Source: Pseudocitrobacter cyperus
GTDB lineage: Bacteria; Pseudomonadota; Gammaproteobacteria; Enterobacterales; Enterobacteriaceae
Assembly: GCF_039889165.1 (NCBI RefSeq)
Contig: NZ_JAYMYY010000008.1
Coordinates: forward strand, 82,200 to 146,199
DNA length: 64,000 nt
Direction: 5' to 3'
The notes under the pieces are model-generated. The model did not search any database. It saw only the letters and a program-made list of their open reading frames with translations, and was not told the origin of the DNA. The position numbers were made by a program, and so were the translations under genes. Of this stretch, positions 36,231 to 44,869 are shown one piece after another. How positions within the stretch are numbered: the stretch's first letter is position 1; the number at the start of each line of letters is the position of its first letter.

Positions 36231-36235
36231 AGTTA

Positions 36236-36253
36236 TTGCCAGAAGCGTGCCAG
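36236..36253 (-). promoter_or_regulatory. sigma54 (-24/-12) promoter directed toward the SPFH-NTase operon: cTGGCACGcttcTgGCAa
   Basis: GG and GC are spaced exactly as in the mrNrYTGGCACG-N4-TTGCW consensus, with one mismatch in the -12 element. Lies divergent from the RtcR-like activator gene. Confidence 0.6.
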
Positions 36254-36317
36254 AAGAAGAAAATCACGATAAATATTTATAATCATATGATTAATAATGG
36301 TTTTATTTTTTCAGTCC

Positions 36318-36344
36318 GTAACAGGCATTGCCTGCCTGTCAGGA
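36318..36344. promoter_or_regulatory. candidate activator-binding site (UAS): inverted repeat ACAGGCATTGCCTG-CCTGTCAGG about 85 bp upstream of the sigma54 promoter, with an AT-rich (IHF-like) tract in between
   Basis: Palindrome CAGGC-att-GCCTG seen in sequence; its position fits bEBP promoter architecture; assignment is inference. Confidence 0.3.
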
Positions 36345-36388
36345 AAAATTTATCTTTTGATATCAATACTTATTTTTATGGATAAACC

Positions 36389-37969
36389 ATGAAAAAACGG
36401 CGGGTGGTGATTGGCGTCCTGGGTACAGTCCTGGATAAACGCGGCAAGCGAGCAAACCGATTTAAGAAATGGCGGCCCACTGTAGGATTATGCCAGCAGG
36501 CTGATTTCCCCATAGACCGCCTGGAATTACTCCACCAGCCACGTGATGAAAACATGGCGCAACGGCTGGCAGAAGACGTTGCCCTGCTCTCGCCTCGCAC
36601 CGATGTACGTCCACATACCGTGACGATTAATGACCCGTGGGATTTTGAAGAGGTTTACGCCGCCTTTCTCGACTTTGCGACACATTACCCTTTTGATACC
36701 GAGAATGAAGAGTATCTGGTGCATATCACCACCGGTACGCATGTGGCGCAGATTTGCTGGTTCCTGCTCACGGAGGCTCGCTATCTTCCCGCCAGCCTGC
36801 TGCAAACCAGCCCGGCGCCGAAAGATTCGTCTGATGAAGCCATCGCAGCAGGCAAGTACTCGGTTATCGACCTTGATTTAAGTCGTTACTCCACCCTGAC
36901 TAGTCGTTTTCAGCACGAACAGCAGCAATCGGTCTCTTTTCTGAAAGCCGGTATCGAGACGCGGAACGTCACATTTAACAAACTGATTGACCAGATTGAG
37001 CGCGTGGCCCTGCGTTCCTGTGCACCCATCTTGCTTACCGGGCCGACCGGTGCCGGGAAATCATTTCTGGCAAAACGGATATTTCAGCTTCGTCAGTCGC
37101 GTCATCGGGTCGACGGAAAATTCGTGGCCATCAACTGCGCCACATTGCGCGGCGATAACGCCATGTCCACGCTGTTTGGGCATGTCAAAGGCGCATTTAC
37201 CGGTGCATTAACGCCACGCGCCGGTTTGCTCCGGGAAGCCAATGGTGGCGTGCTGTTTCTTGATGAGATCGCCGAACTGGGGCTGGACGAACAGGCGATG
37301 CTGTTAAAAGCCATTGAGGAAAAAACCTTCTTCCCATTTGGCTCTGATAAAGAGGTGCATAGCGATTTTCAACTGATTGCCGGCACCCATCGCGATATGC
37401 GCCAATGGATCGCCGAGGGGCGTTTTCGCGAAGACCTTTACGCCCGTATTAATATGTGGAGTTTCGCACTGCCAGGACTGATACAGCGGCGGGAAGATAT
37501 CGCCCCCAACGTTGAGTATGAGCTGGGGCGATTTACGCGTGAACAACAATCACAGGTGCGTTTCGATAAAGAGGCGCGTGAGCGTTATCTCTCCTTTGCC
37601 TGCTCGCAACAAGCAGTATGGCGTGGAAACTTCAGGGAATTAAGCGCATCGATCACGCGTACGGCAACACTTGCAGAGAAGGGGCGCATAACGCTCGCTG
37701 TCGTCGATGAAGAAATTGCTCGCTTAAAGGCAGAGTGGCAAACCACAGGTGAAGCGACGATCATTAATCAGGAAATTGATCTCTTTGATCAGCGCCAACT
37801 GGAGACCGTTCTGGACGTATGCCGTACCAGCGCATCGCTTTCAGAAGCAGGAAGAATGCTGTTTGCTGTCTCCCGGCAGAAAAAGGCCAACCCTAACGAC
37901 GCCGATCGATTACGTAAATATCTGGCACGTTTTGGATTGAGCTGGGAGAGTATTCACAGGGGAACATGA
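36389..37969 (+). CDS. RtcR-like sigma54-dependent transcriptional activator (N-terminal CARF domain, AAA+ sigma54-interaction domain with GAFTGA, C-terminal HTH), 526 aa; paralogue-level similarity to E. coli RtcR
   Basis: Collinear with E. coli RtcR along its whole length (KWRPT..LCQQ...IDRLELLH...NPWDFEEVYA...YLVHITTGTHVAQICWFLL...GPTGAGKSF...HVKGAFTGA...FRELSASITR...DADRLRKYLARFGL), roughly 55-60% identity by eye. Confidence 0.85.
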   Translation: MKKRRVVIGVLGTVLDKRGKRANRFKKWRPTVGLCQQADFPIDRLELLHQPRDENMAQRLAEDVALLSPRTDVRPHTVTINDPWDFEEVYAAFLDFATHYPFDTENEEYLVHITTGTHVAQICWFLLTEARYLPASLLQTSPAPKDSSDEAIAAGKYSVIDLDLSRYSTLTSRFQHEQQQSVSFLKAGIETRNVTFNKLIDQIERVALRSCAPILLTGPTGAGKSFLAKRIFQLRQSRHRVDGKFVAINCATLRGDNAMSTLFGHVKGAFTGALTPRAGLLREANGGVLFLDEIAELGLDEQAMLLKAIEEKTFFPFGSDKEVHSDFQLIAGTHRDMRQWIAEGRFREDLYARINMWSFALPGLIQRREDIAPNVEYELGRFTREQQSQVRFDKEARERYLSFACSQQAVWRGNFRELSASITRTATLAEKGRITLAVVDEEIARLKAEWQTTGEATIINQEIDLFDQRQLETVLDVCRTSASLSEAGRMLFAVSRQKKANPNDADRLRKYLARFGLSWESIHRGT

Positions 37970-38015
37970 ACATAATTTGTTTGAATAATCCCCTCTCACG
38001 CGATAAACAATACCT

Positions 38016-38044
38016 ATGGCCGGGCTCGAACCCGGCCATTTTTA
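38016..38044 (+). terminator. rho-independent terminator of the rtcR-like gene (ATGGCCGGG-ctcgaa-CCCGGCCAT + TTTT)
   Basis: 9-bp perfect stem plus T-tract. Confidence 0.7.
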
Positions 38045-38086
38045 TAACAAACAACGCAAACACAACGCTATCGCAAGGAATACAAC

Positions 38087-39028
38087 ATGCTCGCTGTTCT
38101 GACCCGGCTGTTCCCGTTATGGGCGCTGCTGCTCTCCGTTATTGCTTATTACACGCCGCCCACCTTCACAGCCATCGGCCCGTGGGTGCCGACTCTGCTG
38201 ATGCTGATTATGTTCGGTATGGGCGTGCATCTCAAAGTGGACGATTTTAAGCGCGTGCTTTCACGTCCGGCACCGGTTGCGGCGGGGATCTTTCTGCATT
38301 ATCTGGTGATGCCGCTCGCCGCCTGGCTGCTGGCGTTGCTGTTTAAAATGCCCCCCGAACTCTCCGCCGGTATGGTGCTGGTTGGCAGCGTCGCCAGTGG
38401 GACGGCATCCAACGTGATGATTTATCTGGCGAAAGGCGACGTCGCGCTGTCAGTCACCATTTCCTCTGTTTCAACGCTGGTTGGCGTAATTGCCACGCCG
38501 TTGCTCACCCGTCTGTACGTCGATGCGCATATTCAGGTTGATGTAATGGGCATGCTGTTAAGTATTCTGCAAATCGTGGTGATCCCCATTGGCCTGGGGC
38601 TGATTGTTCACCACCTCTTCCCGCGGGTGGTCAAAGCGGTGGAGCCTTACCTGCCCGCCTTCTCCATGGTATGTATTCTGGCGATCATCAGTGCCGTGGT
38701 GGCCGGTTCCGCATCACACATTGCCTCGGTCGGTTTTGTGGTGATTATCGCGGTGATCCTGCATAACACCATCGGCCTGCTCGGCGGATATTGGGGCGGG
38801 AAACTGTTCGGCTTTGATGAATCCACCTGCCGCACACTGGCGATTGAAGTGGGGATGCAAAACTCCGGCCTCGCCGCCGCGCTGGGAAAAATCTACTTCG
38901 GCCCACTCGCGGCGCTGCCCGGCGCGCTGTTCTCGGTGTGGCACAATCTTTCCGGCTCCCTGCTGGCGGGTTACTGGTCCGGGAAGCCGATTGATGAGAA
39001 GGCTCGGGATGCGGTGAAAGAGGGATGA
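38087..39028 (+). CDS. BASS-family (bile acid:Na+ symporter-like, YocS/PanS-type) transporter, 313 aa
   Basis: About 10 TM helices; characteristic MGV-L crossover motifs of the BASS/SBF fold. Absent at this locus in K-12. Confidence 0.75.
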   Translation: MLAVLTRLFPLWALLLSVIAYYTPPTFTAIGPWVPTLLMLIMFGMGVHLKVDDFKRVLSRPAPVAAGIFLHYLVMPLAAWLLALLFKMPPELSAGMVLVGSVASGTASNVMIYLAKGDVALSVTISSVSTLVGVIATPLLTRLYVDAHIQVDVMGMLLSILQIVVIPIGLGLIVHHLFPRVVKAVEPYLPAFSMVCILAIISAVVAGSASHIASVGFVVIIAVILHNTIGLLGGYWGGKLFGFDESTCRTLAIEVGMQNSGLAAALGKIYFGPLAALPGALFSVWHNLSGSLLAGYWSGKPIDEKARDAVKEG

Positions 39029-39059
39029 ATTACAGCCCGGTGAGGTGAACTTGCCGGGT

Positions 39060-39398
39060 TTAGCCTACTTGCAGTGTGACGGGTTTCCCCAACCTCACCA
39101 ACATCATAACCAAAGCGTCCAGGGTGAATTTATTGGTTTTATGATTCACAACGTCCGAAACCCGTGGTCGGGAAATATTTAATTTCAGGGCGGCGTCAGC
39201 TTGTTTCAGTTTGTGCTCGTTAATCCAGACGGAAATTTCCTGCATCAATTGCTGTTTAAGCGCAATGAGTTGCTCAACTTCTCGTTCAGCGTCCAGAAAA
39301 AGCTGTTGCGCTTCTTCGCCACTAAATCCCAGTTCAGAAAATATATTGGCATCCGCAGGCGTCACGTGATGGATTTTGACATCAATGGAGGAGCTCAT
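39060..39398 (-). CDS. XRE-family HTH antitoxin (HigA-like), 112 aa
   Basis: C-terminal HTH (ALKLNISRPRVSDVVNHKTNKFTLDALVMMLVRLG); homologous to the antitoxin at 47045-47368. Confidence 0.7.
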   Translation of the reverse strand: MSSSIDVKIHHVTPADANIFSELGFSGEEAQQLFLDAEREVEQLIALKQQLMQEISVWINEHKLKQADAALKLNISRPRVSDVVNHKTNKFTLDALVMMLVRLGKPVTLQVG

Positions 39399-39571
39399 TT
39401 TCGGTTCCTTAACTCTTGCTGTACCGCCTGATAACGGGCTTTTGCAATACGTTTATCTTGCTCAGAAGTGCGCTGTGTCTTTTTGCCGAAACAGTGCAAC
39501 ACATAAACAGCGTAAGTCATCAAATGACCGACCCAGGCAATAGGTCTCGACGCTTGCCTGATTGAAAGCAT
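39395..39571 (-). pseudogene. N-terminally truncated remnant (58 aa) of a Gp49/HigB-like RelE-superfamily toxin; stop overlaps antitoxin start (ATGA)
   Basis: My translation ...YAVYVLHCFGKKTQRTSEQDKRIAKARYQAVQQEL aligns with the C-terminus of the intact toxin at 47370-47717 (...YVLHAFQKKSSSGISTPKPEIDLIYQRLRAAQ). The roughly 55 N-terminal residues are missing. Confidence 0.5.
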
Positions 39572-39581
39572 AACACATCCT

Positions 39582-39599
39582 TGTATAAAATTTTATACA
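39582..39599. promoter_or_regulatory. perfect 18-bp palindrome TGTATAAAATTTTATACA, candidate TA operator, 11 bp upstream of the toxin remnant
   Basis: Seen in sequence; autoregulatory operator role is inferred. Confidence 0.45.
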
Positions 39600-39768
39600 T
39601 GCATTATTTGTGATGTTCACATACTTTGTCCAAACACAGGCATTACGCTAATTCAGGAGCATTTATTCGTCACCAGGGAAATAAATAATCTGCGATGCGC
39701 TTTCAGCATTAGTTTCTTTCGCACAATTTCCCGTACACTGGACTCTCTGGCCAACTGAGGGCACCACC

Positions 39769-40041
39769 ATGGCACTCCCCCGCATTACCCAAAAAGAGAT
39801 GACCGAGCGCGAGCAGCGTGAACTAAAAACGTTGCTTGACCGCGCGCGTATTGCGCATGGCCGCGTGTTGACCAATGCCGAAACCAACAGCATCAAGAAA
39901 GAGTACATCGATAAGTTGATGGTTGCGCGTGAAGCTGAAGCGAAGAAAGCCCGCCAGTTGAAGAAAAAGCAGGCTTATAAACCGGATGCGGAAGCATCCT
40001 TTTCCTGGTCGGCGAATACGCCAACGCGCGGCAGGCGCTGA
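39769..40041 (+). CDS. yjbD: YjbD (DUF3811) protein
   Basis: 90 aa; near-identical to E. coli YjbD. Confidence 0.85.
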   Translation: MALPRITQKEMTEREQRELKTLLDRARIAHGRVLTNAETNSIKKEYIDKLMVAREAEAKKARQLKKKQAYKPDAEASFSWSANTPTRGRR

Positions 40042-40911
40042 TTAACGTCCTTTCTTTTTACGCCCCGGCGACGCAAAACGCTTGCCGTTTGACGCCGGGC
40101 GCGCTTTCTCCGCCGTCTTTTCTATCTTCACTACCGGGCGTTTAATTCCCGCCGTTTTCGGTTTAGCCTTTGCTTTCGGTTTGGCCTCTGAAGAGGAGCC
40201 TTCGATAAGTTTAAACAGGTCGATCAGTTCATCATCGGTTAAGTCACGCCATTCACCCAACGGAATACCACTTAAACTGACGTTCATAATACGTGTGCGT
40301 TCCAGCTTTTTCACTTCGTAGCCAAAGTGCTCGCACATGCGGCGAATCTGACGGTTCAGGCCCTGCACCAGCGTGATGCGAAAGACAAACGGTGCTTCTT
40401 TTTTAACCTTGCACTTCTTCGTCACTGTACCGAGGATCGGGACGCCCGCGCCCATGCCACGCACAAACTCATCCGTCACCGGTTTATCGACCGTCACCAG
40501 ATACTCTTTTTCGTGATCGTTACCGGCACGCAGGATCTTATTGACCAGATCGCCGTGGTTGGTAAGGAAAATCAGCCCCTGTGAATCTTTATCCAGGCGG
40601 CCAATCGGGAACACGCGTTTGCTGTGGTTGACGAAATCGACGATGTTGTCGCGCTCGCCATCCTCCGTGGTGCTGACAATACCGACTGGTTTGTTCAGGG
40701 CAATCAGCACCAAATCTTCTGCTTCCCGTGGCTCAATCAACTGACCGTTTACTTTTACAACGTCGCCAGGTTTTACCTGATCGCCAATGGTGGCGCGCTT
40801 ACCGTTGAGGAAAACGTTACCTTGTTCAATGTAACGATCGGCTTCGCGGCGTGAGCAAATGCCACTTTCGCTGATGTATTTGTTTAAGCGGATGGATGAG
40901 TCGGGCAGCAT
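40042..40911 (-). CDS. rluF: 23S rRNA pseudouridine(2604) synthase RluF
   Basis: 289 aa; S4 domain plus RsuA-type catalytic Asp ([10 protein letters not shown]); matches E. coli RluF. Confidence 0.95.
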   Translation of the reverse strand: MLPDSSIRLNKYISESGICSRREADRYIEQGNVFLNGKRATIGDQVKPGDVVKVNGQLIEPREAEDLVLIALNKPVGIVSTTEDGERDNIVDFVNHSKRVFPIGRLDKDSQGLIFLTNHGDLVNKILRAGNDHEKEYLVTVDKPVTDEFVRGMGAGVPILGTVTKKCKVKKEAPFVFRITLVQGLNRQIRRMCEHFGYEVKKLERTRIMNVSLSGIPLGEWRDLTDDELIDLFKLIEGSSSEAKPKAKAKPKTAGIKRPVVKIEKTAEKARPASNGKRFASPGRKKKGR

Positions 40912-41086
40912 AAATTCTCCTCTAAAACGCGGAATATACCCTACCTCTTAACGATGAAAAACAGGGTTATGCGGCAACGTCGAAATTAAATGTGATCTGC
41001 AGCGCCTTTTATCACAAAAGTGTCATCCGCCACCCTGTGCAAGTTTGCGTAGCGAAAATCAGGTTAATCAATCAATTACACACTTC

Positions 41087-41245
41087 TGCACACCTGTGCT
41101 ACTGACTCCTGCGCAGAGAAACAAATGTGCAAGATAAAGCGCTCTTTCATCCGCCTGAAAGAGTTAAAAATCACTTTTAAACCGCATCATGATGGGGTTA
41201 TATCAGATTAAGCGGTTAAAAAGCACATTTGCACATATGTGCAGA
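41087..41245. promoter_or_regulatory. sorC control region with two palindromes: TGCACACCTGTGC (about 41087-41099) and TGCACATATGTGCA (about 41230-41243)
   Basis: Related dyads GCACA-N2/4-TGTGC flank the sorC promoter/start; SorC binding is inferred. Confidence 0.35.
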
Positions 41246-41259
41246 ATGAGGAGGCGGCA

Positions 41260-42207
41260 ATGGAAAACAGTGACGATATCCGTTTGATTGTGAAGATTGC
41301 CCAACTCTATTACGAGCAGGATATGACCCAGGCGCAAATCGCCCGCGAGTTGGGTATTTACCGTACCACCATCAGCCGCCTGCTTAAGCGGGGCCGCGAG
41401 CAGGGTATTGTCACCATCGCCATTAACTACGACTACAACGAAAATCTTTGGCTGGAGCAGCAGCTCAAGCAACAGTTTGGCCTGAAAGAGGCCGTGGTGG
41501 TGTCGGGCAGCGATGAAGAGGAAGAGGCGCAGCTCACCATGATGGGGTTACACGGCGCGCAGTTGCTGGATCGCTTGCTGGAGCCTGGCGATATTGTCGG
41601 TTTCTCCTGGGGTCGCGCGGTACGCGCGCTGGTCGAAAATCTGCCGCAGGCGGCGCAATCGCGGCAGTTAATCTGCGTACCGATTATCGGCGGGCCATCC
41701 GGGAAACTAGAAAGCCGCTATCATGTGAACACATTGACTTACGGCGCGGCGGCAAAGCTGAAAGGCGAATCGCATCTCGCCGATTTTCCTGCCCTATTAG
41801 ATAACCCGTTAATTCGTAATGGGATCATGCAGTCGCAGCACTTTAAAACGATCTCTGCCTACTGGGACAATCTGGACGTCGCCCTGGTGGGAATTGGTTC
41901 CCCGGCCATTCGCGATGGCGCTAACTGGCATGCATTTTATGGCGGCGAAGAGAGTGATGACCTGAATGCCCGCCAGGTCGCCGGTGATATTTGCTCGCGC
42001 TTTTTCGATATTCACGGCGCAACGGTCGATACCAATATGAGCGAGAAAACGCTCTCTATCGAAATGAGTAAATTAAAGCAGGCGCGCTATTCCATTGGTA
42101 TTGCCATGGGCGCAGAAAAATACAGCGGAATTATTGGCGCGCTGCGCGGAAATTATATTAATTGCCTGGTCACGAATAGCGACACGGCTGAATTGTTACT
42201 GAAATAA
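41260..42207 (+). CDS. sorC: SorC-family transcriptional regulator of the L-sorbose operon (start MENSDDIRLIVKIAQLYY)
   Basis: N-terminal HTH plus C-terminal sugar-phosphate-binding domain; operon context and order match the Klebsiella/E. coli sor operon. Confidence 0.85.
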   Translation: MENSDDIRLIVKIAQLYYEQDMTQAQIARELGIYRTTISRLLKRGREQGIVTIAINYDYNENLWLEQQLKQQFGLKEAVVVSGSDEEEEAQLTMMGLHGAQLLDRLLEPGDIVGFSWGRAVRALVENLPQAAQSRQLICVPIIGGPSGKLESRYHVNTLTYGAAAKLKGESHLADFPALLDNPLIRNGIMQSQHFKTISAYWDNLDVALVGIGSPAIRDGANWHAFYGGEESDDLNARQVAGDICSRFFDIHGATVDTNMSEKTLSIEMSKLKQARYSIGIAMGAEKYSGIIGALRGNYINCLVTNSDTAELLLK

Positions 42208-42277
42208 AAATCTGCCCGACTCTGTCTGTAATACAAAATTACAGCGGGCCTCTGTTACCTAAAATCAGGAGTCTGTT

Positions 42278-43084
42278 ATGCAAACGTGGTTAAATTTGCA
42301 GGATAAAATCATTATTGTCACCGGCGGCGCATCCGGCATTGGCCTGGCGATTGTCGAAGAATTATTAGCGCAAGGCGCGAATGTGCAGATGGCCGATATT
42401 CACAGCGGCGACGGTCAATATGCAGGGCATAAAGGCTATCAGTTCTGGCCGACCGATATTTCCAGCGCCAGCGAGGTGAATCATACGGTGGCGGAAATTA
42501 TCCAGCGCTTTGGCCGTATTGACGGTCTGGTCAACAACGCCGGGGTTAATTTCCCGCGTCTGCTGGTCGATGAGAAAGCGCCTGCCGGGCAATATGAACT
42601 CAACGAAGCCGCATTCGAAAAAATGGTCAATATCAACCAGAAAGGCGTGTTTTTAATGTCGCAGGCGGTGGCGCGGCAGATGGTGAAACAGCGCAATGGC
42701 GTGATTTTGAATGTCTCTTCGGAAAGCGGGCTAGAAGGCTCAGAGGGCCAGAGTTGCTACGCCGCCACCAAGGCCGCGCTCAACAGTTTCACCCGTTCCT
42801 GGTCGAAAGAGCTGGGTAAGCACGGTATCCGCGTCGTTGGCATCGCACCAGGGATTCTGGAAAAAACCGGGCTGCGCACGCCGGAGTATGAAGAAGCGCT
42901 GGCGTGGACGCGCAACATCACCGTCGAGCAGTTGCGTGAAGGCTACAGCAAAAATTCCATTCCTATTGGGCGTTCCGGAAGGTTAGCAGAAGTCGCTGAT
43001 TTTGTTTGTTATCTGCTGTCTGAGCGCGCCAGCTACATCACCGGAGTAACCACTAACATTGCGGGCGGCAAAACGCGCGGGTAA
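42278..43084 (+). CDS. sorD: SDR-family sorbitol/glucitol-6-phosphate dehydrogenase
   Basis: TGGASGIGLA NAD-binding motif; YxxxK present; sor operon position 2. Confidence 0.85.
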   Translation: MQTWLNLQDKIIIVTGGASGIGLAIVEELLAQGANVQMADIHSGDGQYAGHKGYQFWPTDISSASEVNHTVAEIIQRFGRIDGLVNNAGVNFPRLLVDEKAPAGQYELNEAAFEKMVNINQKGVFLMSQAVARQMVKQRNGVILNVSSESGLEGSEGQSCYAATKAALNSFTRSWSKELGKHGIRVVGIAPGILEKTGLRTPEYEEALAWTRNITVEQLREGYSKNSIPIGRSGRLAEVADFVCYLLSERASYITGVTTNIAGGKTRG

Positions 43085-43093
43085 GGAGGCTTT

Positions 43094-43501
43094 ATGGTCA
43101 ACGCTATTTTTTGCGCCCACGGCAAATTAGCCTGCGCCATGCTGGAATCGGTGCAGATGGTGTACGGCGACGCGAATGTTGAGGCGGTTGAATTTGTGCC
43201 CGGTGAGAACGCCAGCGACATCGTGGCAAAGCTGGAAAAGTTAGTAAGCATTCACAACCAGGATGAGTGGCTGATCGCCGTGGATTTACAGTGCGGCAGC
43301 CCGTGGAATGCGGCAGCGACGCTTGCGATGCGTAACCCGCGCCTGCGGGTGATCAGCGGCCTTTCCCTGCCGCTGGCGCTCGAACTGGTCGATAACCAGG
43401 GCAGCATGAACGTGGATGAACTGTGTGAACACCTGACGCAAATCGCAAAGCAAACCTGCGTCGTCTGGAGACAACTGGAAACGGCTGAGGAGGATTTCTG
43501 A
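43094..43501 (+). CDS. sorF: PTS sorbose-specific EIIA (mannose family)
   Basis: 135 aa; active-site His in FCAHGKLA. Confidence 0.85.
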   Translation: MVNAIFCAHGKLACAMLESVQMVYGDANVEAVEFVPGENASDIVAKLEKLVSIHNQDEWLIAVDLQCGSPWNAAATLAMRNPRLRVISGLSLPLALELVDNQGSMNVDELCEHLTQIAKQTCVVWRQLETAEEDF

Positions 43502-43995
43502 TGAACATTACGCTCGCCCGCATTGATGACCGCCTGATCCACGGCCAGGTCACCACCGTCTGGTCAAAAGTAGCTAACGCTCAGCGCATTATTATCTGCA
43601 ATGATGAAGTGTATAACGATGAGGTTCGCCGGACATTATTACGCCAGGCAGCGCCGCCGGGAATAAAGGTTAATGTAGTTAATATTGAAAAAGCCGTTGC
43701 GGTTTATCACAACCCGCAATATCAGGATGAAACGGTCTTTTATCTTTTCACCAATCCTCAGGATGCTCTGGCGATGGTTAAACAGGGCGTAAAAATTAAC
43801 GTGCTGAATATTGGCGGTATGGCCTGGCGCCCGGGTAAAAAACAGTTAACCAAAGCGGTTTCATTAGATGACGACGATATTAACGCATTTCATGCGCTGA
43901 ATAGTCTTGGCGTCACCCTGGATTTACGCGTCGTGGCGTCAGATCCCTCAATCAATATTATCGACAAAATAAACGAACAGTTAGTCGCAAATTAA
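43501..43995 (+). CDS. sorB: PTS sorbose-specific EIIB
   Basis: 164 aa; DDRLIHGQV phosphorylation-site motif. Confidence 0.85.
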   Translation: MNITLARIDDRLIHGQVTTVWSKVANAQRIIICNDEVYNDEVRRTLLRQAAPPGIKVNVVNIEKAVAVYHNPQYQDETVFYLFTNPQDALAMVKQGVKINVLNIGGMAWRPGKKQLTKAVSLDDDDINAFHALNSLGVTLDLRVVASDPSINIIDKINEQLVAN

Positions 43996-44060
43996 ATAAT
44001 AGCGCCTGTGCACGAATGCTTTAACAGGCAGGGATGATCACACTCAAAAGGTGACAGATT

Positions 44061-44858
44061 ATGGAAATAAGTACCCTACAAATCATTGCCATATTTTTAT
44101 TTTCCTGTATTGCCGGGATGGGCAGCGTGCTGGATGAATTTCAGACTCACCGCCCGCTTATCGCCTGCACGGTCATTGGCTTAATTCTTGGCGATATCAA
44201 AACCGGGATTATGCTCGGCGGTACGCTGGAGCTTATCGCGCTTGGCTGGATGAACGTCGGCGCGGCGCAGTCTCCGGATTCCGCGCTCGCCAGCATCATC
44301 TCCGCCATTCTGGTTATCGTCGGCCAGCAAAGCATCGCCACGGGCATCGCCATTGCCCTCCCCGTCGCGGCGGCAGGCCAGGTGCTGACGGTCTTCGCCC
44401 GCACCATCACCGTGGTGTTCCAGCATGCGGCGGATAAAGCCGCTGAAGAGGCGCGCTTTCGCACTATCGATATTCTGCATGTCTCCGCACTTGGCGTTCA
44501 GGCGCTGCGCGTCGCCATTCCGGCGCTGATTGTCTCGCTGTTCGTCAGCGCCGATATGGTCAGCAATATGCTGAGCGCGATACCGGAATTTGTCACCCGC
44601 GGTCTGCAAATCGCAGGCGGTTTTATTGTTGTCGTCGGCTACGCCATGGTGCTGCGCATGATGGGCGTGAAGTATCTGATGCCCTTCTTTTTCCTCGGTT
44701 TTATCGCGGGTGGCTATCTCGACCTCAGCCTGCTGGCTTTCGGTGGCGTCGGCGTGATTATCGCGCTGGTCTACATCCAGCTTAATCCACAGTGGCGTAA
44801 AGCCGCGCCGCAAACGCAGGCCACCTCCTCCACCGCCCTCGACCAGCTTGACGACTAA
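44061..44858 (+). CDS. sorA: PTS sorbose-specific EIIC
   Basis: 265 aa polytopic; mannose-family IIC. Confidence 0.85.
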   Translation: MEISTLQIIAIFLFSCIAGMGSVLDEFQTHRPLIACTVIGLILGDIKTGIMLGGTLELIALGWMNVGAAQSPDSALASIISAILVIVGQQSIATGIAIALPVAAAGQVLTVFARTITVVFQHAADKAAEEARFRTIDILHVSALGVQALRVAIPALIVSLFVSADMVSNMLSAIPEFVTRGLQIAGGFIVVVGYAMVLRMMGVKYLMPFFFLGFIAGGYLDLSLLAFGGVGVIIALVYIQLNPQWRKAAPQTQATSSTALDQLDD

Positions 44859-44869
44859 CGGAGCCCATC

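Noticed and set aside
38016-38044. tRNA 3'-half-like sequence on the minus strand (CCGGGTTCGAGCCCGG + CCATAGG) that could mark an integration att site
   Set aside because: The stem is 9 bp with a 6-nt loop, not the 5 bp and 7 nt of a T-arm. There is no CCA, and no matching direct repeat at the other end of the inserted block. It is most simply the rtcR-like gene's rho-independent terminator.
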